Part shown: positions 53,538 through 63,398 of the stretch, piece after piece | Layout: every line of letters begins with the position of its first letter | How positions within the stretch are numbered: position 1 is the first letter of the stretch | Source of the DNA: Patescibacteria group bacterium | GTDB lineage: Bacteria; Patescibacteriota; UBA1384; XYA2-FULL-43-10; 1-14-0-10-43-13 | Assembly: GCA_041671645.1 (NCBI GenBank) | Contig: JBAZBD010000001.1 | Location: 479,234 to 543,233, forward strand | DNA length: 64,000 nucleotides | Reading direction: 5' to 3' | Made by a program: the position numbers and the translations under genes | The notes under the pieces: generated by a model | Seen by the model: only the letters and a program-made list of their open reading frames with translations | Database searches by the model: none | What the model was told of the DNA's origin: nothing

Positions 53538-54467
53538 CTATTTTTTGTTTGCGGCTTTGTTCTTCAATAATTTCTTTTGCCAGAGTACGAGGAGCGGCGC
53601 TGCGTTGAAGATTGAGGAATATGTTCCGATAGTGATACCGAAGACTAGAATCAATATGAAATGCTTAATTGAGCTACTGCCGAAGACCAGGAGGGCCAAC
53701 AATACGATTAGCGTCGTGAGCGAAGTATTTACTGATCTCACAACGGTCTGATTGATACTCTCTTCAGCAGAGAGTGCAATATCCTGGTGGGGGTTTTTGA
53801 TGAAGTTCTCGCGTAATCGGTCATAGACCACGATTGTGTCATGAACTGAGAAACCCATAATGGTCAGGAGTGCGGTCACGAAAAGCGCATCAACTTCCAT
53901 CCAGATGAAAAAGTGGCCGATGACGGCGACAAATCCAGTCGTAATAAGAAGGTCGTGAATTAGGGCAATCACGGCGCAAACGCCAAACATCCAGGAAGAA
54001 AGAGGCTTTGGAACCTTGCGAAAAGCAAAGGCAATGAAAATGATAATTGTAATAGAAGCAATTATGACAGCCAGAATAGATTTATTGGTCAAATCCTGTC
54101 CGATCAGAGGACCGACAGTGTCATAGCTCACCTCTTTGTAATCGCTAATCTTCTCGGTGAATTTAGTTGCTAGCTCCTTGTGTTGATCATTGCTCAAGGT
54201 TTGAAGTTTGACAATTACGTCAGAAGCACCACTTTCTTTGATCTGGTAGCCAGTCATACCGAAATTATCAAGGGTGGATTTCGCAAGGTCTACCTTTTGA
54301 GAGTTCTCGGAACTAAACTGGATTACGGTACCGCCTTTGTAGTCTACACCGACTCGGAGCCCGTAAAAACCAATTGCGAGTACTGAAGCAATTGCCAAAA
54401 TTATAGAGAATGCAAACCAATAGTTTGAGTTTCTAATGATTCTAAACATGGATAAACCTCTTGGCAT
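53538..54467 (-). CDS. secF: Protein translocase subunit SecF
   Basis: SecD/SecF C-terminal 6-TM domain. Downstream of and overlapping secD. Confidence 0.9.
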   Translation of the reverse strand: MPRGLSMFRIIRNSNYWFAFSIILAIASVLAIGFYGLRVGVDYKGGTVIQFSSENSQKVDLAKSTLDNFGMTGYQIKESGASDVIVKLQTLSNDQHKELATKFTEKISDYKEVSYDTVGPLIGQDLTNKSILAVIIASITIIIFIAFAFRKVPKPLSSWMFGVCAVIALIHDLLITTGFVAVIGHFFIWMEVDALFVTALLTIMGFSVHDTIVVYDRLRENFIKNPHQDIALSAEESINQTVVRSVNTSLTTLIVLLALLVFGSSSIKHFILILVFGITIGTYSSIFNAAPLLVLWQKKLLKNKAANKK

Positions 54468-55740
54468 AGCTAGATGATGATAAAAGCAACAATATTGTTC
54501 GGGTCACAGTGATCGCGGTAAACAAACTGATGATGATACCGATCATCAAGGTCAGAGCGAAACCTCTGATTGGTCCGGAGCCTGTGGTGGTATAGAGAAT
54601 CAAACAAGTCAGGATTGAGGAAGTATTCGAGTCGCGAATTGAGTTCCACGATCTTTTGAAGCCGTCCATAATGGAAAGGTGCAAATCCTTGCCGGACTTA
54701 AGTTCCTCTTTCATCCTCTCAAATATCAGAACGTTTGCGTCTATTGCCATACCGATAGATAATACAAACCCGGCGATACCGGCAAGCGTTAGAGTGACTG
54801 GCATGATTTTGTAAACGGCCAGTGTTATTGCGGCGTAAGTTGTAAGTGCGAAAATTGCGATAAGGCCTGGGAATTTATAATATGAGACTATAAACATTGC
54901 AACCAATATCAGACCGATCAATCCGCCTACAAGGCTAAGCTTCAATGAGTTCGTGCCCAGGGTGGCACCAATATTTTGTTGGCCAATTAGATTGGTTGGG
55001 ACTGGAAGCATGCCCTCGTTTAATCGTTTGGCTAAGTTTTGTGCTTCTTTGATATCCTTTGAGCCCGTGATAATGGCTTCACCGTTGGCAATTTCGGTTT
55101 GTACATTTGGAGCGGATACAATTTTGTTGTCCAGCACTATTGCAATTCTCTTATTGATATTATCCTTGGTCAGCTGTCGGAACATATCGGTTCCGATGTT
55201 GTCGAACTTGATCTGCACTACGGGTTGAGATGTCGCTACTCCTTGTGAGTTTCCGTCAAAGGTTGCGTCCGATTTGGTCAGGTTGCGTCCAGTAAGCTCT
55301 GATTTTTTCCAATAACCTGGGTAAGTATATGTCGGTTCGTAATAATCGCTAAGTTGAGCGCCATCAGCTTCAGTGCCCTCTACCATGAATGCAAGTTCAT
55401 AAGTAGCGCCAATCTTATCAATTGCTTCATCGATATTTGTAATTCCAGGCAGCTCAATCAGAATGCGGTCTCCCCCGCTGGTTTGGATAGTTGGCTCCGC
55501 AACACCGAGTTCGTTGATACGTCTATCGAAGACATTTTTCAGATTGTTTAGATCTTTTACTTTATCTTTTGATTGGCTCAAATCGGCTTGGTAGATCAGC
55601 TCTGTCCCGCCGACAAGATCAAGGCCTAGCATTGCTTTGATTCGATCGCCAAAGAAGAAGCTCTTCGGCAAGTCGATAGAAATTGCGAGCGCTACAATCA
55701 ATATAATAAAACCGAAACCAACCCAGAGTTTTGTTCTCAT
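54442..55740 (-). CDS. secD: Protein translocase subunit SecD
   Basis: N-terminal TM, periplasmic domain, C-terminal 6-TM SecD/F domain. 26-nt overlap with secF. Confidence 0.9.
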   Translation of the reverse strand: MRTKLWVGFGFIILIVALAISIDLPKSFFFGDRIKAMLGLDLVGGTELIYQADLSQSKDKVKDLNNLKNVFDRRINELGVAEPTIQTSGGDRILIELPGITNIDEAIDKIGATYELAFMVEGTEADGAQLSDYYEPTYTYPGYWKKSELTGRNLTKSDATFDGNSQGVATSQPVVQIKFDNIGTDMFRQLTKDNINKRIAIVLDNKIVSAPNVQTEIANGEAIITGSKDIKEAQNLAKRLNEGMLPVPTNLIGQQNIGATLGTNSLKLSLVGGLIGLILVAMFIVSYYKFPGLIAIFALTTYAAITLAVYKIMPVTLTLAGIAGFVLSIGMAIDANVLIFERMKEELKSGKDLHLSIMDGFKRSWNSIRDSNTSSILTCLILYTTTGSGPIRGFALTLMIGIIISLFTAITVTRTILLLLSSSSYAKRFIHV

Positions 55741-55798
55741 AATATATACATCTTATCTAAAAAATAGTACTTAAGTCAACGCTCGTTGCGCTTAGCGC

Positions 55799-56431
55799 TT
55801 ATCGTACGATTGGGCAGACCAAAAGATCGCCAGTTTTTGCCAGTTTTGGAACGATATCTTCTTCGAGCATGGAGTAGCCTTTTGGGAATACAGTAAATAC
55901 CGATGGGTCAAAAAGATATATTCCGTCCATCGAAGAGAGATCTTCTGTTAGAAGGGTGGCAGTGGAATTGTGGGTTTTGTGGAATTCAATCAGTCCAGCC
56001 AGATTGTATTCGCCTTGGTCGGCATTACTATAAACGATAAACAAACCACCAGCCAGTTCTTTTTTCAGGGCATGTATTGCTCCGCCAGAGCCTTCACCTT
56101 TGTCCGAATATTTGATTGATACGTCAGAAATATTTGCTTTTGCAATCTTGTCCTTGACCTTATCGCCCAAGAAGCCAGTTGCGACGATAACCTCTTTGAC
56201 ACCGAAGCCAGACAAGGATTTGATGAAATCAATTGCTCGGTCTGCTGATTTGATCGCATTATCTCCGCCGAGAAGCACTACCGCCTTGACTGGGGCGCTG
56301 TTGTCTAGGGCGTTTAGAACTAGAGATTCGATTGCGTGTGATCGATTTCTAAGTTCTACGCCGTCGATTGCCTTATCGATCATTTTCAGAACCTCTGTTT
56401 TGATGGAAATTGTAATTCTCTCTCGATCCAT
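55799..56431 (-). CDS. Ribbon-helix-helix-like N-terminal domain fused to a nucleotidyltransferase-like (sugar-phosphate NT fold) domain
   Basis: N-terminal ITISIKTEVLKMIDKAI…RSHAIESLVLNAL. Then VVLLGGDNAIKS…GGAIHAL…DQGEYNLAGLIEFHK. Assignment is tentative. Confidence 0.45.
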   Translation of the reverse strand: MDRERITISIKTEVLKMIDKAIDGVELRNRSHAIESLVLNALDNSAPVKAVVLLGGDNAIKSADRAIDFIKSLSGFGVKEVIVATGFLGDKVKDKIAKANISDVSIKYSDKGEGSGGAIHALKKELAGGLFIVYSNADQGEYNLAGLIEFHKTHNSTATLLTEDLSSMDGIYLFDPSVFTVFPKGYSMLEEDIVPKLAKTGDLLVCPIVR

Positions 56432-56541
56432 GATTCTCCCTATAGTAAATTGTTATTGTATTCATAATTTATCATACACAAAAAATCGAAGTCAAATCCA
56501 AATCATTGCCAGACTGAGAAGAGGGCTATAGGTGTGAAAAA

Positions 56542-57522
56542 TTAATCAATTTGCTTAAAGGCATTCAAGACTGCGTTAAAGTCTTCAGGTATTTCTGCGG
56601 TAAAATTTGATTGTTTGTTTTGCCCCGGTATTGTAAAAGAGAGACTTTTGGCATGCAGCATCTGTCTCTCGATTGATCTGGTATCGGAGAAATGTTTGCT
56701 ATCCTTGGAACAGTAAACTTGGTCGCCTAGGACTGGGAATCCGGCTAGCATTGATTGTAGTCTGATTTGGTGGGTCCGGCCTGTCTCTATGTCGTACTCA
56801 ACGAGAGAAATTCGTTTACCAGCGCTATCTTGCAAATAAGAAATTACTTTGTAATTTGAAACTGCTAACTTCCCTTTCATTTCCCCGACTTCGGCCATTT
56901 TCTTGCGGTCTTTCGGGTTTCTGCCAATATAATTCGTCATTCTTCCAGTTTCATTTTTGGGCCAATTATAACAAATTGCCAGATAGATTTTCTTGACGTC
57001 CCGGTGCATGATCTGACGAGAAATTGAGTGCATTGCGCGTGCGTTTTTGGCTACTACCATAATTCCAGAGGTGAATTTGTCCAACCTATGTACTATTCCC
57101 GGACGGAACTTGGATATCTCTGAATCTGGCTCTGCCAAAGCGTCCTTGATGTTTGGCGAATGCGCGAGAAGCGCGTTGACTAACGTACCAGTATAGTTGC
57201 CTGCTGCGGGGTGGACGACCATCCCAACGGGTTTATTGAGGACGATAACGTCCTTATCTTCATAGATGATATCTAGCGAAATATCCTGAGCTGTTGGCTC
57301 TACGGTTGACTGAATTTCTGACATAGATACTTTGATTTCGTCGCCCAATTTCAACTTGTAGCTAGATTTTGTTGGCTTATTATTGACCAAAATAGCCCCT
57401 TCTTTGATCAGCTTGGCAAAGTAATTTCGAGAGTAATCTGGATTTTCTTTGGCCAAGTATTGATCCAGTCTCTCCCCCGCTCCGGAACTCACTACATAAA
57501 TTTTGGAGTCAGAATTGTTCAT
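56542..57522 (-). CDS. rluD: RluA-family 23S rRNA pseudouridine synthase (RluD-like)
   Basis: N-terminal S4 domain (LDQYLAK…), catalytic HRLDKFTSGIMVVAKN. Confidence 0.9.
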   Translation of the reverse strand: MNNSDSKIYVVSSGAGERLDQYLAKENPDYSRNYFAKLIKEGAILVNNKPTKSSYKLKLGDEIKVSMSEIQSTVEPTAQDISLDIIYEDKDVIVLNKPVGMVVHPAAGNYTGTLVNALLAHSPNIKDALAEPDSEISKFRPGIVHRLDKFTSGIMVVAKNARAMHSISRQIMHRDVKKIYLAICYNWPKNETGRMTNYIGRNPKDRKKMAEVGEMKGKLAVSNYKVISYLQDSAGKRISLVEYDIETGRTHQIRLQSMLAGFPVLGDQVYCSKDSKHFSDTRSIERQMLHAKSLSFTIPGQNKQSNFTAEIPEDFNAVLNAFKQID

Positions 57523-58355
57523 TTCAAAAATCCTGCGATGTTAGTATCAGCGTTTACACGATAGCGAGATAAAAGCAGATTATCAGACTTCAAATCCCCT
57601 ATCCCGTATTTCGTGGTAACGGCGTAAAAATAACCAGCTTCTCGAGCAGTGGACACAACCTCAGAGTTCTCTTTCCCAGCAGGATAACACAAGCTTACAA
57701 TATTATGTCCGAGTATTTTTTCGAGTGCGATCTTGCTATCCTTCAGCTCGAGACTTACTTTTTCCTGAGAGATTTTCGTCAGGTCTGGATGAGAAATGGT
57801 ATGAGATCCGACTTCGATTCCGTTGGTGTTGATCTCTCTAATTTGGGTCTCGGTCATATAATCAGAGCTGGTTTCCCCAGTAATTACAAAAGCTACCGCT
57901 TTCATCTGTTCTAATTTAAGAGCTGGGTATGCGCTCTCGAAGAAGTTTGAATATCCATCATCAAAGGTGAGAATGATTGGTTTGCTGGGTGCCTGACCGC
58001 TCGCTATCTCTTCAAATGTTGTCGTTGTATAGCCTTTGCTTTTGATCAGCTCTAGCTGGGTCGCAAATTTTGCAGGTGAAACCGACAAGTTCGTGCCGAT
58101 CTGATCGCTCGTATCGACAAAATCACGAATGTGATGGTACATCAGAATAGGTATTTCAGTTGGCATGGCGACAGGTGCAGCTTCTATCCTCTGGTCTGGC
58201 GATGGCGCAGTCGTAGTCGTCGCTTCCTCACTCTTGGTGGGATTAACGACCTCAGACTTTAGCGATTGGGCCTGTTCGAAAGCAAGCATTACCAAAAATA
58301 TCCCCAAAAGAACTATAATTCCTATCAAAATTTTTTTAGATTTATATTTCATCAA
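57519..58355 (-). CDS. Polysaccharide deacetylase (NodB homology domain), membrane-anchored
   Basis: ILMYHHI, TFDDGY, EVGSHTISHPDL motifs. N-terminal TM. Confidence 0.8.
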   Translation of the reverse strand: MMKYKSKKILIGIIVLLGIFLVMLAFEQAQSLKSEVVNPTKSEEATTTTAPSPDQRIEAAPVAMPTEIPILMYHHIRDFVDTSDQIGTNLSVSPAKFATQLELIKSKGYTTTTFEEIASGQAPSKPIILTFDDGYSNFFESAYPALKLEQMKAVAFVITGETSSDYMTETQIREINTNGIEVGSHTISHPDLTKISQEKVSLELKDSKIALEKILGHNIVSLCYPAGKENSEVVSTAREAGYFYAVTTKYGIGDLKSDNLLLSRYRVNADTNIAGFLK

Positions 58356-59478
58356 TCAATTTGGGCGTTTCCGTTGTTTCAATTTTGTGGCTTTTGATTT
58401 TGTCTACCACTGACGTGAGCTGACGATTCCGCGTATTAGCAACTAATTCGTACTGCTTGCTGGCTGAGCTAATTCGGTCCCCGACCTTGTCGAATTCCTC
58501 GGTAAACTTCTGGTATTCTGTGTCAAATCTCTGTATCAATCCGATGATATGCTGGAGGTTCTCCTGATAACGGAAATTGGTATAAGCTTGCTTGACCATC
58601 CGAAGAATCGCCGTGAAGCTAAATGGGCCGGCCAAGACGACTTTCTTTCGCATTGAATCTTCCCAGACATCGTTCATCTGCTCGTAAATGTATGAAAATA
58701 TCATTTCATTCGGGATGAATAAGATTACGAAATCGACAGTCTTCTCTTCTGGATTAATGTATTCTCGGGTACAAACCTGCTTGATCTTCTCCTTGACGTC
58801 ATCCTTGAACTTCTTGAACCAGGCCTTCTTTTCCTGATCATTTTCGGCTTCCAGGGTTTTGACGAGCGACGAGTAAGGGAACTTAACATCGATATTAATC
58901 TTGGTCTGGTCGGGGAGCAGAATAGTAAAGTCAGGCCGAGTGCTTTGGGTTTGCTGTGCCTCGTTCTTGATATAAGTTTGACCGATTACAAATCCTGCCA
59001 TCTTGAGTAGATCCTCGGCAACTTGCTCGCCAAAGGCACCGCGAAGCTGATTGTTGGAGAGCAAACTTTTTAGCTTCTCAGTGCTCATCTTCAGGTCTTT
59101 GGTAATCTCCTGTTGGCTTTTGAGCTCGCTCGAGAGAGTTGAGAACGATTTGATTCTGTCTTCGTCGCTCTTGCTCAAGCGCTCTTCGTTCTTGTGGATA
59201 TCTCGGCGAATTTCGTTGATCAATTCAGAAATGGCTGATTTCTTGCCATCCAGGTCCACCTTAATTTCGTTTTTCTGGGCCTGCAGGATTTCCTTGGCAT
59301 ACTGGATGAATTGTTCGGAGTTATTTCTCAATGCATCGGTGGAGAGTTTGGATATTTTCGATTCGAGATCCCCTGTGCCTGAGCCGCTAGCCAGGAATCT
59401 TTTCAATAGGAAAAAAGTGAGCAGACTACTGCCAAGAAAAGCGATCGCTATTACGATGATTAGACTAAGTGTGTTCAT
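58342..59478 (-). CDS. rmuC: DNA recombination protein RmuC
   Basis: N-terminal TM, long coiled coil, conserved C-terminal PDFTILLPD…VDFVILFIPNE region. Confidence 0.8.
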   Translation of the reverse strand: MNTLSLIIVIAIAFLGSSLLTFFLLKRFLASGSGTGDLESKISKLSTDALRNNSEQFIQYAKEILQAQKNEIKVDLDGKKSAISELINEIRRDIHKNEERLSKSDEDRIKSFSTLSSELKSQQEITKDLKMSTEKLKSLLSNNQLRGAFGEQVAEDLLKMAGFVIGQTYIKNEAQQTQSTRPDFTILLPDQTKINIDVKFPYSSLVKTLEAENDQEKKAWFKKFKDDVKEKIKQVCTREYINPEEKTVDFVILFIPNEMIFSYIYEQMNDVWEDSMRKKVVLAGPFSFTAILRMVKQAYTNFRYQENLQHIIGLIQRFDTEYQKFTEEFDKVGDRISSASKQYELVANTRNRQLTSVVDKIKSHKIETTETPKLIDEI

Positions 59479-59559
59479 CCTATCCCCTCAATAAATACTT
59501 TAGATCATTATACCAAAAATATTAGGCGAACAAAAGCCAAACATTTAGTTGCGGATTAC

Positions 59560-59838
59560 TTAGGCTTTGAAGCCGATTGTTCTGTCTGGCTCTACTGATT
59601 CTGTAATCTTGCCAAAGCTTTTTTCATAGAGCGTTAGGTTCTCCTCTATCGCCTTTGCGATTCTCTTCATGTGGCCAGGGCTTGTGATAATTCTGGAGAC
59701 TAGGCTTCCCTGTGGCGGCATTATGTTGAGAAAATCCAGTACAAATTCTTCTCCGGTGTGCTGAACAATCAAATTGTTAGAGTAGCTCCCCTTCACGCTC
59801 TGGTCATTAAATTTAATATTGATTTGTTGCTCTGTCAT
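59560..59838 (-). CDS. DUF3467 family protein
   Basis: Y/SNNLIVQHTGEEFVLDF…SRIITSPGHMKRIAKAIEENL pattern. Confidence 0.6.
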   Translation of the reverse strand: MTEQQINIKFNDQSVKGSYSNNLIVQHTGEEFVLDFLNIMPPQGSLVSRIITSPGHMKRIAKAIEENLTLYEKSFGKITESVEPDRTIGFKA

Positions 59839-59856
59839 ATATTTCCTATGGTTAAA

Positions 59857-62736
59857 TTATTTTTTACTATCTGGGCAGATATCGGAATATGGGCACATTT
59901 TACATTGGAACATATCGGGCTTTGCCTTCAAGTCTTGCTTTCGCAAGCCCTCTGCTACGGCCATTATCATCTCCTTCGTCTCCTCAAGGTCTTTCTCGGT
60001 GTAAGTGATTTCTCCCCTCAAGCCCGACTCGATAAACAGTAGGGTCGTCTTGGGAATAACACTATACTTTTCATACCACGCCAGAGCGTAAATTTTCATC
60101 TGAGTAGAATCCTTGATTCTCCGATCGGCATCTTTTTGCTCACGGACATCGGACGTTTTGAAGTCCCTAATCTCAGCGCTCTCCCCTACTCCGCATATCA
60201 GATCATACCGGCCGTTCACCTTGACTTTATTCTCAGAAAATTCGAATACTTCCTCAACTTTTGTCGGGTTTGTGGGATTATCAGAGTCATCGTTATAAAA
60301 TCTAGTTAAAGTCATAAGTCCCTGCTTGTAACGCAGCTCTTCCTGATCTCTGGTGATAAATCCGATATTCTTGAATGCCGTTTCGTAATCCGCTAGTAAC
60401 TGTTCAAGAGTTGGGATTTCACCATTAATTTTTCGATTGAAATAGTGATCTAGCGCGGCGTGAATTGCTGTCCCGTACATCAAGAATTGATTCTCTAGGA
60501 GCGGTATTTTCACTACATGGGCAAAGTAAAATTTCCTGGGGCAAGAATAGTAATCATCGATTTGCTGACGAGAAAGTCGGAGTGTCTCGTCGGTGAATTT
60601 ATTCGGTAATTTCGCAGGCTTTTGAACCAGCTTCTTGAAGCGTTCTATCTTCTGCATTGGGTCTAGCTTGTGTTTTAGTTTGAGCGAATCTGCCTCCCCG
60701 ATGAGCTCCATTACAAACTGGGAAAGCTTCTTGCTTCTCTTGCCGCCGTAGTCTTCGGCCGCGGTCAGAAATAGATTTGTCTTGGCCCGGGTTGCCGCAA
60801 CATAAAATAGTCGGCGTTCTTCCTGCAAATGAAAATCCCCTTCTGGCAATCGTTCTTTGATCAGTTTGTCTGGGATGGGCAGAGGGTCTCTTCGCTGTCT
60901 GCCCGGGAATCTATCGGCTACACAATTGGCAATGAATACTACGGGCCACTCTAGGCCTTTCGAAGCGTGAGCGGTTAGGATATTGACCGCATCGATGTCT
61001 CTGTCTATGTCAGAGGAAATCACCTCATCTCCTACTTCAAGGATCAGCTCTAAGTTATTCAAAAAGGCGTGGACTCCCCTATCCTCACTCCCGTGATTGA
61101 ATTGGGCGATTCGATCAAAAAATTTGGCAATATTATGAATTTTGATCTCGTTTTCGGTGTTATTTGTTTCGATCAATTTCTTCAAATATTTCTTGGCTTT
61201 GAGATAATCGTAGAGAAGCTCTCCACATGGCTCTGCTTTTCTCTCAGAATATTCCTTAACATCCTGGACTAAGCTTTCGATTTTTAGCTTGTCTTTCTCA
61301 CCTATTGTCGCCAGATCGATCGTATCGATTATAGCTCGGTTTCTGCGTTTCGACTCAGTATAATACTCCGAGAGGGCATCGTGGGATACTCCATACAATT
61401 CGCTTGTCGCAAGTTGGTACAGAGCTAGAGAGTCGTCCGTATAGACGATAGATTTTAGGAACGCGACCAACATTTTGATCTCCGGTTGAGCGAACAGCCC
61501 CGATGACCCAGAGAAGATATATGGGATTCCGGCAATATTAAATGATTGCAGAAATGGCTCAGCCTGATTGTTGGCACGGACCAGCAGAGCGAAATCATTG
61601 TATTTGTAGCCCTTTCCTTCTTTCAATTCTTTGATTCCTTCCGCGACCTTGTCTGCTTCACATGAGAGATTGTCGCAAAATAATAGTTCTGGAGTGACTC
61701 CGTGTTTTGTTGAAACTAGACGCTTGTTGATCTTGTTCTGTATCTCAAGACGGTCTGGATTGTTGTTTTGTATGAGTCGGTATGACGAATCCAGAATTTC
61801 TTGTGTAGAGCGGTAGTTTTCATTCAATACAACTTGTTTGGCCTTGGGATAGGTCTTGTTGAAATCCAGAATATTAGAGATAGAGGCGCCACGAAAACGA
61901 TAAATAGACTGGTCGTCATCCCCTACCACAGTAATATTATCGGAGCCAGACGAGAGTAATTTGACGATCTCGTTTTGAGCAAAGTTGGTATCCTGATATT
62001 CGTCGACTAGGACATATTTGAAGCGCTTGTGGCACTCCCCCAACACTTTCTTGTTCTCCTTTAGCAGTTTGTAGGTCAGATATAGTTGGTCTCCAAAGTC
62101 GAGATTTCCGGATTGAATCATCAAATCCTGATATCTTGCGTAGGCGTTCGCCAATTCCAGCGTTTTTTCATTCTCGATAGGGTCATCATTTGTTTGCAAA
62201 CTTGCGAAAGCTAAATACTGTTCTGGTGAAATTAGTTCGTCCTTTAGCCTGGAGAAATGATTCAAAAGCGCTGAAATATGGGTCAAGGGACTTGCGATTG
62301 GGCGAAAATGTACGAGATCGAAGGCATAGATATTTTGTCTCATGAAGATGGCTTGTTCCGTAGCGGTAAGAACCTTGAAATTTGCTGGGAGGCCCAGGTC
62401 GAGCGAATGATCTCGGAGCAATCTGTCGCCAAAAGCGTGAAAAGTAGAGATCCACATGTCGGTGTAGCCGTATGGGACGAGCATATCGACCCGCTCTTCC
62501 ATCTCCGAGGCAGCCTTTTCGGTAAAGGTCAGAGCTAGTATTTCTGAAGGTTTGGCTAGCTTTTGCTCGATCAGGTAAGCAATCCGACGAGTGATGACAG
62601 TTGTCTTGCCTGTACCGGCACCAGCGATGATCAAAAGCGGGCCATCGCGATGCGTGACAGCATCTTTCTGTGCAGTGTTGAGCCCAGTTAATATTTTCTC
62701 GGATGAGTCCTTTGTTGTAAAAAGGTCTTGTTGCAT
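59857..62736 (-). CDS. UvrD/PcrA-like SF1 helicase fused to C-terminal PD-(D/E)xK (Cas4/AddB-type, cysteine-containing) nuclease domain
   Basis: N-terminal GAGTGKT Walker A plus UvrD motifs (DEYQDTN, VVGDDDQSIY). C-terminal …CPRKFYF…D…E.K…CKMCPYSDICPDS. Apparently leaderless, with a TATAAT element 6 nt upstream of the ATG. Confidence 0.85.
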   Translation of the reverse strand: MQQDLFTTKDSSEKILTGLNTAQKDAVTHRDGPLLIIAGAGTGKTTVITRRIAYLIEQKLAKPSEILALTFTEKAASEMEERVDMLVPYGYTDMWISTFHAFGDRLLRDHSLDLGLPANFKVLTATEQAIFMRQNIYAFDLVHFRPIASPLTHISALLNHFSRLKDELISPEQYLAFASLQTNDDPIENEKTLELANAYARYQDLMIQSGNLDFGDQLYLTYKLLKENKKVLGECHKRFKYVLVDEYQDTNFAQNEIVKLLSSGSDNITVVGDDDQSIYRFRGASISNILDFNKTYPKAKQVVLNENYRSTQEILDSSYRLIQNNNPDRLEIQNKINKRLVSTKHGVTPELLFCDNLSCEADKVAEGIKELKEGKGYKYNDFALLVRANNQAEPFLQSFNIAGIPYIFSGSSGLFAQPEIKMLVAFLKSIVYTDDSLALYQLATSELYGVSHDALSEYYTESKRRNRAIIDTIDLATIGEKDKLKIESLVQDVKEYSERKAEPCGELLYDYLKAKKYLKKLIETNNTENEIKIHNIAKFFDRIAQFNHGSEDRGVHAFLNNLELILEVGDEVISSDIDRDIDAVNILTAHASKGLEWPVVFIANCVADRFPGRQRRDPLPIPDKLIKERLPEGDFHLQEERRLFYVAATRAKTNLFLTAAEDYGGKRSKKLSQFVMELIGEADSLKLKHKLDPMQKIERFKKLVQKPAKLPNKFTDETLRLSRQQIDDYYSCPRKFYFAHVVKIPLLENQFLMYGTAIHAALDHYFNRKINGEIPTLEQLLADYETAFKNIGFITRDQEELRYKQGLMTLTRFYNDDSDNPTNPTKVEEVFEFSENKVKVNGRYDLICGVGESAEIRDFKTSDVREQKDADRRIKDSTQMKIYALAWYEKYSVIPKTTLLFIESGLRGEITYTEKDLEETKEMIMAVAEGLRKQDLKAKPDMFQCKMCPYSDICPDSKK

Positions 62737-62742
62737 GACTGC

Positions 62743-62770
62743 ATTATAACAAAGTGCGTGGGTATATCAA
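62743..62770 (-). promoter_or_regulatory. sigma70 promoter (TTGATA-16-TATAAT) producing a leaderless helicase mRNA
   Basis: On the minus strand: TTGATA…16 nt…TATAAT, then GCAGTC, then ATG. Confidence 0.6.
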
Positions 62771-62829
62771 AAAAAGACCCTTGCGGGTCGATAAGATTGT
62801 CCTGTAGGTGCCCGAGCTTACCGGGCACC
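62769..62829 (-). terminator. Two minus-strand hairpins terminating transcription entering from 62830-63690
   Basis: Minus-strand GGTGCCCG-GTAAGCT-CGGGCACC at 62807-62829, then GACCC-GCAA-GGGTC + TTTTTTT at 62769-62789. Confidence 0.7.
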
Positions 62830-62904
62830 TACCTGTATGGAGCTGGTCACTACCCCAGCGGTACTAGTGATTGGTGGCGCTCACAGCGCCGGTTCCCGTC
62901 CGTG

Positions 62905-63051
62905 TGTCGGACAATCAACCGGATACTATGCTCGCCATTTGCCGTTGCGCTTCTTCAATACCGGATACCATCTTTTTCGCCGCTTCAAATTCCGCCGTCT
63001 TCAGGAAACTGTCCTGTAAACCGACGTCTGAAGCAAAGTCAAATCTCAATT
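62905..63051 (-). CDS. Candidate small ORF (48 aa) below the ORF-track cutoff
   Basis: Minus strand: AAAGGAG, 7 nt, GTG start, then MLRKLRFDFASDVGLQDSFLKTAEFEAAKKMVSGIEEAQRQMASIVSG, then TGA. Start codon sits in a 5-bp hairpin AGCAC-AACT-GTGCT. Followed by the terminators above. Confidence 0.3.
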
Positions 63052-63224
63052 TTCTTAGCACAGTTGTGCTCCTTTTGGCCCAACCGGGCCGTTTTGATTT
63101 TCGCCTGCATAATGAGGCATGCGAGCCTCGGGTTTAATCCTCTGCATTGGTATCGGTCTCCTACCGCAAATCGACCAAAGTGATGCAACGGATAAATATC
63201 CGCTCCCAGAGAGCAGTCTTCGGG

Positions 63225-63398
63225 ATATCAACCCTCATGCTACCTGGAATAGGTGGCTTGGGATCTTAAAATCCCAGCGTGGTACACTGTACCAAAATTT
63301 TCTCTGGTATGCGATCATCTCTGCAGTAGCATTTGCAATGAAACTTGTTAGTCCCAAAATTGCAGACAATATTGTTGCGATCCAGAGCAAAACTCTTA
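63225..63398 (-). CDS. Candidate small membrane ORF (57 aa) below the ORF-track cutoff
   Basis: Minus strand: GAAGGAGAG…ATG YLLRVLLWIATILSAILGLTSFIANATAEMIAYQRKFWYSVPRWDFKIPSHLFQVA. One predicted TM. RBS spacing is long (11 nt). Confidence 0.25.
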
